Below, piece by piece: positions 8,832 through 17,045 of a stretch of 34,200 nucleotides of DNA (positions within the stretch are counted from its first letter, which is position 1; each line of letters begins with the position of its first letter). The notes under the pieces were generated by a model. That model saw only the letters and a program-made list of their open reading frames with translations, ran no database searches and was not told the origin of the DNA. Source of the stretch: a virus; IMG/VR virus record IMGVR_UViG_3300035666_000100, positions 1 to 34,200 of that record. The stretch is one strand, 5' to 3'. The position numbers were made by a program, and so were the translations under genes.

Positions 8832-8987
8832 ATGTCAACCCCTAAATCAAAAAAACTTTTTAACCGCCCAACCGTTGTCAGGGTGAGGCTTTCAGAAGTT
8901 GAGAGGGAGAGGATAGAGGCGATCGCATCCTCAAGAAATCTATCCCTCTCGGAATTGATAAGGTATTGGATTAATAATGAAGGGTGA
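8832..8987 (+). CDS. Ribbon-helix-helix protein, MobC/CopG-like (not in ORF track)
   Basis: MSTPKSKKLFNRPTVVRVRLSEVERERIEAIASSRNLSLSELIRYWINNEG, 51 aa; RHH pattern 'VRVRLSEVERERI..IA...NLSLSELIR'. Confidence 0.55.
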   Translation: MSTPKSKKLFNRPTVVRVRLSEVERERIEAIASSRNLSLSELIRYWINNEG

Positions 8988-9014
8988 CGATTTTCCTTAT
9001 TCCAGAAAGCAAAA

Positions 9015-9767
9015 TTAGGGGGCAAGCCGAGCTTTCCCTAATCTATTTTTTTCATACCAAGCTGAAATCTCAGGAACCCATTCTTGAGTATGGGCCCACA
9101 TCATTTCAGAGAGTTTTTGAATCTCTAATTGAGCATCTTTTTTGAATCTTAAATCGAGAAAATGTAACAGTGAACGCAGGTTACAAGACATAACAAAATG
9201 CTGTCTGAAATCGAACGGGATTAAACCCCTGGCGTGTTCTTCACTCATCCCAGACTCAATGTTTTGTTTATACAAACCACAAGCATCTACACAGTGTTGT
9301 AAATGGATTTCTCTTAATTCAGGTGAATAATAATATTTTTTGCCTTGGCGATCGCTGTAATTCCCCACCGGACGGAGGTAAAAAACATCTTCTAAACTTC
9401 TCTTGAAGTTGATTACATCAACAATCCTCTGCCCTGAGTAGCGCCCAGATTGAACATCGAAACTAGCTATTCTATGCCGGGTTGCCTGTTGCATCACACT
9501 ATGGGGGAAATATCCCACACTAAAAACGATGTAGCAGTGCTCTAACACTCCAAAGTGTCCTCTATTTCCCTCTAGTAATCGTTTAACGGCTATCTCACCA
9601 CACTCTTTTTCTGGGGGGGTTTTATCAATGCCTTCAAACACATAATTCTCGCTATAACATTGATGCAATGCCAGATAAATCATCTGTTGGGGATTAGCTG
9701 TTTTCGATAAAACATCAACCTTGAATTTGTCCATTAGTCTCCTACTCTTTTGTGCATCTTCAGTCAA
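9015..9767 (-). CDS. thyX: FAD-dependent thymidylate synthase ThyX
   Basis: 'QATRHRIASFDVQSGRYS' (ThyX RHR...S motif region), 'RGLIPFDFRQHFVMSCNLRSLLHFLDLR'. Confidence 0.92.
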   Translation of the reverse strand: MTEDAQKSRRLMDKFKVDVLSKTANPQQMIYLALHQCYSENYVFEGIDKTPPEKECGEIAVKRLLEGNRGHFGVLEHCYIVFSVGYFPHSVMQQATRHRIASFDVQSGRYSGQRIVDVINFKRSLEDVFYLRPVGNYSDRQGKKYYYSPELREIHLQHCVDACGLYKQNIESGMSEEHARGLIPFDFRQHFVMSCNLRSLLHFLDLRFKKDAQLEIQKLSEMMWAHTQEWVPEISAWYEKNRLGKARLAP

Positions 9768-10016
9768 GAAATAAGATAATCATTAACTGTCAACAGTGTC
9801 AGGGATTTGAGTGGAATAGTTTGATCTTTAAAGCATTTAAAATTAAGTAATCGTAAAGAATTGATCATAATTTTTGTTGTTTGATGTATTTCTATTATTA
9901 TATAATGATCTACACTTTAAAGCAAGGTGTGGGCTAGTGTCAAAAGAAATAAATCTTTTAACAACACTGCATGAAGCAGACGTTCACCCACGATCAAATT
10001 ATAATATAGTCAGCTA

Positions 10017-11378
10017 GTATCAAATTAGTCAAGAACCAATGCAATCATTAACATATTTTTCCCATTCCCCTCACCATTGCCATTAAGTTTTGTATCAAGT
10101 CAGTCAAGAACCAATACAATCATTAACTTGTTGAGTCTATCCAGAATATAGATTTTGATATAGTATCAAGTCAGTCAAGAACCAATACAATCATTAACGC
10201 AGTCAGTGAAGGCAGTAAGGCGCATCATATAACGTATCAAGTCAGTCAAGAACCAATACAATCATTAACTTATGTTTTACATCATAACTGATTTGTTTTA
10301 CAGTGTGTATCAAGTCAGCCAAGAACCAATACAATCATTAACTAACCAATAAGGAGCTATCTCAGGTTTGATCCTTCCCGTGTATCAAGTCAGCCAAGAA
10401 CCAATACAATCATTAACATAGCCTGAATCTGTTTGGCGACAAGGTTTTAAGCTATGTATCAGATCAATCAAGAACCAATACAATCATTAACAATTAGAGC
10501 ATTTGTGGGTGCGTTGAGATAGCTTTTTGTATCAGATCAATCAAGAACCAATACAATCATTAACCTCCTAACCTTCACTAATAGGACTTAAAACAATGCA
10601 GTATCAGATCAATCAAGAACCAATACAATCATTAACCAAATCCGACCGGAAAACCGTAGATTCTCTAACCCTCACGAGTATCAGATCAATCAAGAACCAA
10701 TACAATCATTAACATCTAACCAAGCTGGGGAAATTTCCCAACCCTAAGTTTTTTAGAGTATCAGATCAATCAAGAACCAATACAATCATTAACCTAATTT
10801 ATCGTTATTCTCGGCCCAATGAATTTGTCGTATCAGATCAATCAAGAACCAATACAATCATTAACTTAGAGCTAACCCAACACATCCCAACAGGGAGAAC
10901 TTGTATCAGATCAATCAAGAACCAATACAATCATTAACGGGTGAAGGTAAAGCTAATCGTGTTACCCCAATCTTTAGGGAGTATCAGATCAATCAAGAAC
11001 CAATACAATCATTAACGATAGAGAGAAGAAAATACTCAGGACTTCAAAATATAGTATCAGATCAATCAAGAACCAATACAATCATTAACAATTAGCTAAG
11101 GGTTTGGGGTTTGTATGGCTTTAGTATCAGATCAATCAAGAACCAATACAATCATTAACAATACGGGTTTTATCCGGTCGGGGTTGGGTAATTGGTATCA
11201 GATCAATCAAGAACCAATACAATCATTAACAGGCCCCACGAACATAGGCAAGAAATCAAAGCCAGACGTATCAGATCAATCAAGAACCAATACAATCATT
11301 AACTAAGAACAAGATAAAAAACATCCAATACCAATTCTGTAAGTATCAGATCAATCAAGAACCAATACAATCATTAAC
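10017..11378 (-). CRISPR. CRISPR array: 19 repeats of 36 bp, 18 spacers of 34-44 bp; leader probably on the right, transcribed on the minus strand
   Basis: Repeat (+ strand) GTATCAGATCAATCAAGAACCAATACAATCATTAAC. Starts: 10017, 10092, 10163, 10234, 10307, 10382, 10456, 10529, 10601, 10678, 10758, 10830, 10903, 10981, 11054, 11124, 11195, 11268, 11343. Non-identical spacers. Repeats are most degenerate at the left end and identical over the 13 rightmost units. Confidence 0.95.
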
Positions 11379-11476
11379 CCCTGGCTTTTGAAAGCCTTAC
11401 ACAGAAAGGGTTTTAGACTGCTTTTGCGAGGCTCGGTAAAAATCATTGATTTTGGCTTCTGTGATTTGACAATAAA

Positions 11477-12775
11477 TTAACTGGAACTGCTTTCTTGTAA
11501 TGGTTCGAGGCTCGAATAAGCATAACCATCGGCTTTCTGAAGTAGGCTCAGGTATTTTGGGTGAACATCCATCTTGTCCAAGGTAAAACTCGGACGTTGC
11601 CGGATCGTAACTCGACCATAATGGGTTCCCTTATTCTTTCCAGATGGAATTACAGCCTTAACTAAATCCCCCGTTTTATACCCCATAAAGCTCTTGATTC
11701 TTGCTTTATGGCACTTAGGAAAACCATATTTATCAGTCGTTACCCGTTGCCTGACCCCATGCCCTTTAGCTGATATTAATAAAGGTTTGACATCCTTAAT
11801 AATCAGATTTTCGGGAGTAGAAGCACCAACACAAGCCGCGTCAATCCAGTGAGCTTTAGGGAACTTTTGACGGCATCGGTTAAACTTAGTCCGTCCCCCC
11901 GTCCCAACTTCTACAGGTAAACCCGTTTCTTTCAATCGGTTGTATAAACACCACCGGGTAGAATTAACGGCGGCTGCATCTTTGAGAGGGGCTTTAACCC
12001 GTTTCAGGATTTTATTAAGCAATTCCTTTTTCTTAGAAAGGAAATCTTTAATATCCTTAGCACCCTTTTTCTGATTGCATTTATGGCAAGCGATCGCTAA
12101 ATTAGAAACCCGATTACTCCCACCCTTTGATCTGGGTATCAAGTGTTCAATCTCTAATCTGGTATCAACAGCGCCACAGTAAACGCACTGACGGTTAAAC
12201 TTCTCCAAAAGGTATTCCCTGACTTCATAGCCCGCGAGTTCCCCTTGCTGATACTCAACACCGGAAACTTCTGGATTCTCCATGATTTGAGTGTCGAACC
12301 GTACCAACTCCTGAGATATCGCTGCAATCGGAGCCAACTTTCTTAACCGATTGACCCAGGTAATCACATTTTCGACCCGTGACATCAAGCTCGGAGCTAA
12401 CCAACCTTTAACCCGTGTTCTATTAAGGAAACGGGGTTGGCGGTATCTGGTTTTCCGTCCCCTGCGACCCCTTCTTAAACTGCGTCGGGATTCCAGTGCA
12501 TTCTTGATCACCATGCCACGATGTTGAATATCAGCGCCCCAAACAACTTCACCCGTGCCGTCGTTTACCAAGGCAATGCCAGTAAATTTAGAACCAGGAT
12601 CTATCTTTAGCCTCAAGTCTTCAGTTGAAGATTTGACAGCATATTTTAGGATGATTGTAAAAGGTTGATGCCGAAAAACTGCGGCTTTCTTTTGCGTTAA
12701 AAGAATCCTAGCTTTTGCGGGTGAGATTGGATTTAATGGACGCTTTTCGGCATCCATTACGAATACTTTAGACAT
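11477..12775 (-). CDS. iscB: IscB-family RNA-guided nuclease (RRXRR/split RuvC with HNH insertion)
   Basis: N-term 'VFVMDAEKRPLNPISPAKARILLTQKKAAVFRHQPFTI'; RuvC-I 'LRIDPGSKFTGIAL'; Arg-rich bridge helix 'RRSLRRGRRGRKTRYRQPRFLNR'; RuvC-II 'ISQELVRFD'; HNH 'CVYCG..DTRLEIEHLIPRSKGGSNRVSNLAIACHKCNQKKG'; RuvC-III 'HWIDAACVG'; 432 aa, all motifs intact. Confidence 0.95.
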   Translation of the reverse strand: MSKVFVMDAEKRPLNPISPAKARILLTQKKAAVFRHQPFTIILKYAVKSSTEDLRLKIDPGSKFTGIALVNDGTGEVVWGADIQHRGMVIKNALESRRSLRRGRRGRKTRYRQPRFLNRTRVKGWLAPSLMSRVENVITWVNRLRKLAPIAAISQELVRFDTQIMENPEVSGVEYQQGELAGYEVREYLLEKFNRQCVYCGAVDTRLEIEHLIPRSKGGSNRVSNLAIACHKCNQKKGAKDIKDFLSKKKELLNKILKRVKAPLKDAAAVNSTRWCLYNRLKETGLPVEVGTGGRTKFNRCRQKFPKAHWIDAACVGASTPENLIIKDVKPLLISAKGHGVRQRVTTDKYGFPKCHKARIKSFMGYKTGDLVKAVIPSGKNKGTHYGRVTIRQRPSFTLDKMDVHPKYLSLLQKADGYAYSSLEPLQESSSS

Positions 12776-13027
12776 TTAAAAATAACTCTTTCGAGCCTCC
12801 GATAAATCGGGTAAAGTGTGCCTCGTCAATGTTATTAAGCGGTACTATCCAGGTGACACTGACTTAATTGCTGTACATCTGTTTAATCACCTAGTTATAG
12901 AGCTTGGAACTGGCAACGCATCCCAAGGTATGAACTTAAACGCTTCTCAATAACGTAGCTCAGTAAAGAGCTTAGACTGGTTAACTGTTTACCAACAAAC
13001 TACATTGGTAAACCTTGATTCTTGACT
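12776..13027 (-). ncRNA. Candidate omegaRNA (HEARO-like) upstream of iscB, possibly acting as tracrRNA
   Basis: ~250 nt non-coding stretch ending at the iscB ATG, containing hairpins 12987-13013 (GTTTACCAA/TTGGTAAAC), 12957-12972 (AGCTC/GAGCT), 12851-12892 (AGGTGA/TCACCT) and 12799-12810 (CCGAT/ATCGG), with a promoter-like -10 just upstream. Location and length fit known omegaRNAs. Confidence 0.7.
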
Positions 13028-13033
13028 ATTTAC

Positions 13034-13063
13034 ATTGTACACGAATAACGCAAAAAAAAACAA
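13034..13063 (-). promoter_or_regulatory. Candidate promoter for omegaRNA/tracr-like RNA and iscB
   Basis: Minus strand TTGTTT - 18 nt - TACAAT; predicted +1 about 13027. Confidence 0.5.
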
Positions 13064-13087
13064 GTTTATTTATATATTTTTAAAAGG

Positions 13088-13501
13088 TCAAGAGCAATCG
13101 TCAACCTTGATAATCTCAATCTCGACACAAAGGGCTTTTAATCTCTCAAAAGCCACCACCGGATCGGCTTCAAAATCAACTGGACTAGATCCGGTCATCG
13201 GAGCGTCGGACACTGCACCCAATGGCTCAAAAGCACGGGATTTGTTATTCCAAAAAAACACTCTGTTAATATGTCGCTCTATTGCTTCCGGTGTTTCGAG
13301 AAAACAATAGATAAGTCCTGCAACAATAGCCTGTCTGACATCGGTTCTAAATCGCCTTTTATCGAGTTTAATTGTCCATAATTCAGATAAAAGTTCCTCG
13401 TCTGTTTCTGCATCATACCAGAGACACTCACAAGAGAATGTGTGGAGGTCGTTGGTATGAATTTTTTGGGCGGGTTGAAATCCTTTTTTAGTTGTCTTCA
13501 T
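13088..13501 (-). CDS. Hypothetical protein
   Basis: 137-aa ORF overlapping the methyltransferase start region. Confidence 0.55.
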   Translation of the reverse strand: MKTTKKGFQPAQKIHTNDLHTFSCECLWYDAETDEELLSELWTIKLDKRRFRTDVRQAIVAGLIYCFLETPEAIERHINRVFFWNNKSRAFEPLGAVSDAPMTGSSPVDFEADPVVAFERLKALCVEIEIIKVDDCS

Positions 13502-14441
13502 AAAGATTAATTGATTTTAAGATAGCTAAACCTAGCTCTTTAGCCAACAACGGCGGCACGGCATTCCCGATGATTTGCTGAGTCAGGGTTTTTGATTCTG
13601 AGAATTTGTAATCATCGGGAAAAGTTTGCAGCCGTGCCGTCGCTTTTTGACTAATCCGTTTGATTTGACTTCCCTGTACGATGTCCGCCCAATGGGTCGA
13701 AACACCCGCCATAGCTCGAATTGTTGGACAAGGCTTGTTTTGTGGAGTCGGTAAAATATTCTTGATACAGGCTCCCGCACGGGGGATTAACAAAACGGGT
13801 GAATGAGAGGCTTTTTCCGGTAAACCCAGTTCATTCAGTCGCTTAATCTGCCAGTCCGCAAGCTCACAGTCCTGCATTTCTGGGATTAAATCACTAAGGG
13901 CTTGATACCATCCCTTTTTAGGTTTTGGTTCAGGAAAATAAGGGAGGGGTTCTGAATTTTTAACTGCCCACATAATCAACCGTTTCCGGTTTTGCGGAAC
14001 CCCGTGATCCGCCGCGTCTAAAATTAACCAATGATAGCGATATCCACAATCAATTAGCGATCGCAATATCGCCTCAAAAGTTGGTGATTTTGCATATCCT
14101 GGGACGTTTTCGAGAACCACCCATCGAGGGGATAATATGGCAATATAATCACAGCAATAAAGCCCCGCATCTTTATCTTTATGGTCAGGAATATCACCCC
14201 GCCGTGCATTGCTGTATTGTTGGCAGGGGGGACTCATCCAAAGTAGATCAACCCGCTCCATGAGATGAGTGCGAATTTCACCAACACAAGAGTTGAATAC
14301 TTTGGTATTGGGGAAATTTAATCGTGCTACTTCTGCAATTTTAGGATCTCGTTCGATCCCCCAAATGGACTCAAAACCCGCGGCTTCTAACCCCAAATCT
14401 GCACCGCCTCCGCCCATGAATAATGTTGCGAATGTTGGCAT
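13488..14441 (-). CDS. DNA (cytosine-5) methyltransferase
   Basis: 'ATLFMGGGGADLGLEAAGF', catalytic 'SPPCQQYS', 'LENVPGY', 'GVPQNRKRLIMWAV', C-terminal 'RLQTFPDDY...QIIGNAVPPLLA'. Confidence 0.95.
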   Translation of the reverse strand: MPTFATLFMGGGGADLGLEAAGFESIWGIERDPKIAEVARLNFPNTKVFNSCVGEIRTHLMERVDLLWMSPPCQQYSNARRGDIPDHKDKDAGLYCCDYIAILSPRWVVLENVPGYAKSPTFEAILRSLIDCGYRYHWLILDAADHGVPQNRKRLIMWAVKNSEPLPYFPEPKPKKGWYQALSDLIPEMQDCELADWQIKRLNELGLPEKASHSPVLLIPRAGACIKNILPTPQNKPCPTIRAMAGVSTHWADIVQGSQIKRISQKATARLQTFPDDYKFSESKTLTQQIIGNAVPPLLAKELGLAILKSINLYEDN

Positions 14442-15013
14442 TAGAAACCCTCCTCAACAACTGTTAAGCCACAGCCGGGGAGTAGTAAGTCAGGATCGTT
14501 TGAAGATTTCAAGCCAACCATTCCAGAGGGTAAGCATTCTTTTACAGTGAGGATTACATTGCCAAAATTCTTGTCTGTAGTTTTGACATGATCGCCTTTC
14601 TGGAAAGCGTAATTTCCGAGGGGGATTTGTTCCCCTTTGACCATCTGAATAAATAGTTTTATCTTGTCCGAGTCTAAGGATTCTGCCAATCCTTTCGTCC
14701 ACTGAATTTTGATTTTATTCCCCCGGCACATAATCACCCGTCCGATGTAACGGCTATCCTTTTTTAATTGCACAATATCAGTTTTTTTGAATGGGGATGA
14801 GTCGGAAATCTCCTCAAAGTCTAGGGTTTCTGATCTGTGCCAACTTCCCTCTTTACAGTTAGTTACTTGACAGGTTTGTTTTAATACATTGAAACTTTCA
14901 ACTCGCCATGCTGTACCTCTTATTAGATAAGATGGGCGGTGTTTATGTGGGTCAATCTCTACCCACTCACCAACTTTTAAAACTCTTTCAAATATCTTGG
15001 TTGTTACGGTCAT
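14441..15013 (-). CDS. Hypothetical protein with repeated beta-rich modules
   Basis: 190-aa ORF; repeated 'F.KGD.V...D...G.V' patterns. Confidence 0.5.
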   Translation of the reverse strand: MTVTTKIFERVLKVGEWVEIDPHKHRPSYLIRGTAWRVESFNVLKQTCQVTNCKEGSWHRSETLDFEEISDSSPFKKTDIVQLKKDSRYIGRVIMCRGNKIKIQWTKGLAESLDSDKIKLFIQMVKGEQIPLGNYAFQKGDHVKTTDKNFGNVILTVKECLPSGMVGLKSSNDPDLLLPGCGLTVVEEGF

Positions 15014-15068
15014 GTCAATCTCCTTTGTTGGGTTTAATGGAATTAATCAATCAAGGGCGCGGTCAAGA

Positions 15069-15695
15069 TTAAGCGGTTAATGAACGGGCGTTTTCAGGTC
15101 TACCATCACGTTTTTTCATCTCCCTGTCTTCATTTAATAAAGCGATAAACCAACGAACCCCATCGTCTGAGATTCCGTTTAAACAATCAGGATGGGATAG
15201 GATGTATTCCACCAAATGATCATTCCGAATGTAAAACTGTCTTGTGCCTTCAGAGTGATGTTTTAGCCCGTTATTTATCCATCCACGAATCCTTTCTCTT
15301 GAAAATCCTAGTCCTATAAAAACTGCCGTGGCTCCATACCAACCACTGTTAGGTCTTAGGCTTTGTCCGAGATTTAATAACTTATTTTGAACGGATAATA
15401 TTGTTCGCTCTTGATAGCCTTTTTTAACGGCTAGTTGATTATATCGAATAACTAATTGGGTGAACGGTAAAGTTTCTGCTAGTGCTATCAAGGTTTCAGT
15501 TTCCTCGTGTGTCCATATCCAACTTGATTCCTCTAGGTTGTTTCTAACCTTTGAATATTTGATATCAATAGATGCTTTTGTTCTCCCTAAAATTTCAGCA
15601 ATCTGCGCATGAGTTTTTTTGCTGTCTTTTAAAAGTAGAAGTTGTTCTATCTCAGCTTCTGTCCATGTGTTCTTGTAATTTTCTAGCATTCTCAA
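15069..15695 (-). CDS. Myb/SANT-like DNA-binding protein with two HTH repeats
   Basis: 'WTEAEIEQLLLLKDSKKTHAQIAEILGRTKASIDIKYSKVR' and 'WTHEETETLIALAE...'. Confidence 0.6.
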   Translation of the reverse strand: MRMLENYKNTWTEAEIEQLLLLKDSKKTHAQIAEILGRTKASIDIKYSKVRNNLEESSWIWTHEETETLIALAETLPFTQLVIRYNQLAVKKGYQERTILSVQNKLLNLGQSLRPNSGWYGATAVFIGLGFSRERIRGWINNGLKHHSEGTRQFYIRNDHLVEYILSHPDCLNGISDDGVRWFIALLNEDREMKKRDGRPENARSLTA

Positions 15696-15718
15696 ATTCC
15701 TTGATAATTAGTGGGTTT

Positions 15719-17032
15719 CTATCTTGACCTCGCCATATTCTTAAACTGAGTAAACTGGGAATCAAATAATAACTTAACCGTTCCGGTGGGGCCGTTGCGA
15801 TGTTTGGTTAAAATGATTTCAGCTACCCCGGCTTCTGAACTGTTGGGATTATAGTAATCATCTCGGTAAATCATCATTATCAAATCCGCGTCCTGTTCCG
15901 TTGATCCCGATTCTCTCAAGTCGGACATCATTGGGCGTTTATTAGTGCGCTGCTCAACACTTCGATTTAACTGAGATAAGACAATAACAGGGACGTTTAA
16001 ATCTTTTGCCATTCCCTTTAATCCCCGTGTAATTCTTGACAATTCCTGCACCCGATTGTCGCTTCCCCCATCCATTAATTGCAGATAATCTATTAGGATT
16101 AAGCCTAGTTTTCCATCGTTTTCGGCTTGCAGTTTTTGAGCTTTTTTCTTAATTTCATTGACAGTAGGGTTCGAGGTATCGTCAATAAAAATCGGCAATT
16201 CTGCTAACTTACTAATCGCCTCTGTTAACGGCTCCCACTCATCTTGCTGAATATTTCCCGACCGCAGCCGCGTGCTTTCGATTTTTGCTTCCCCTGCTAA
16301 AAGTCGTTGGACTAACTGACCTTTGGACATTTCTAAACTGAACACCGCAACGGGTAATCCTTTTTTAGCAATCTTAAAACCAAACTGGACTGCTAAGGCT
16401 GTTTTTCCCATTGACGGCCTACCAGCCACAATAATTAAATCCGACCGTTGAAAACCTCCTGTCATTGCATCTAAATCATAGAAACCGCAGGGAACACCGG
16501 GGGGAATTTTGCTTTCACTCCGATCTTCAATTTCCTGAAAGGTATCAATCAGGGTTTCACCAATTGAAACTAAATCTTGCTGACTTTTCCCCTGGGAAAT
16601 ATTGGCAATTTGTTCTTCTGATTTTTGAATTACAGTCTCTAATTCTTGACTGGTATCTTCTGCTAACTCAATAATCTTATAAGCGGAAGATACTAGATCG
16701 CGACGGGTTTTTTTGTCAAGAATTAGTTTGGCATATTGATCAATGTTGACTGCTGAAACCGTCCGATCTACGAGTTGAGTTAATCCTAATTGTCCTCCGG
16801 CTTTGTCGAGTAATTTCTGATCTGCCAACCAAAATGTAACGGTCATCAAATCAGTGGGTTTTCCCTCAGAATGCAGGGTTAATACTGCCTTGTAAATCGT
16901 TTGATGCGATCGCAGGGAGAATGATTCAGGTTGCAACATTTCTGCAACTCGACCAATGGCTTCTGGGTCTAATAGAATCCCCCCTAAAACGGCTTGTTCT
17001 GCCTCGACATTTTCCATGATTACTGTTTCCAT
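15719..17032 (-). CDS. dnaB: Replicative DNA helicase DnaB
   Basis: 'AEQAVLGGILLDPEA', Walker A 'GRPSMGKTALA', Walker B 'LGLILIDYLQLM', 'LSQLNRSVEQRTNKRPMMSDLRESGSTEQDADLIMMIYRDDYY'. Confidence 0.97.
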   Translation of the reverse strand: METVIMENVEAEQAVLGGILLDPEAIGRVAEMLQPESFSLRSHQTIYKAVLTLHSEGKPTDLMTVTFWLADQKLLDKAGGQLGLTQLVDRTVSAVNIDQYAKLILDKKTRRDLVSSAYKIIELAEDTSQELETVIQKSEEQIANISQGKSQQDLVSIGETLIDTFQEIEDRSESKIPPGVPCGFYDLDAMTGGFQRSDLIIVAGRPSMGKTALAVQFGFKIAKKGLPVAVFSLEMSKGQLVQRLLAGEAKIESTRLRSGNIQQDEWEPLTEAISKLAELPIFIDDTSNPTVNEIKKKAQKLQAENDGKLGLILIDYLQLMDGGSDNRVQELSRITRGLKGMAKDLNVPVIVLSQLNRSVEQRTNKRPMMSDLRESGSTEQDADLIMMIYRDDYYNPNSSEAGVAEIILTKHRNGPTGTVKLLFDSQFTQFKNMARSR

Positions 17033-17045
17033 TATTTCGCTCCGT

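Noticed and set aside
10637-11194. Spacers 9 and 16 share CCGACCGG-A(T)AAAACC-like sequence in opposite orientation
   Set aside because: The similarity is short and gapped; could be chance and cannot be evaluated without a target search.
10901-11306. ORFs of 64 and 63 aa (YQINQEPIQSL repeats) inside the array
   Set aside because: Their peptide repeats are translations of the CRISPR repeat; the ORFs are artefacts of the array.
10017-11378. Ordinary tandem or iteron repeat instead of CRISPR
   Set aside because: Intervening sequences are all different, 34-44 bp, non-coding, and repeats are precisely 36 bp, which fits a CRISPR array and not iterons or a satellite.
13035-13310. 91-aa + strand ORF
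   Set aside because: Antisense to 13088-13501 and overlaps the iscB/omegaRNA promoter region.
9768-15000. Search for cas1, cas2, cas9, cas12 or Cascade genes near the array
   Set aside because: No ORF in the region carries recognisable motifs; the only RNA-guided nuclease candidate is iscB. A remote cas locus outside the window cannot be excluded.
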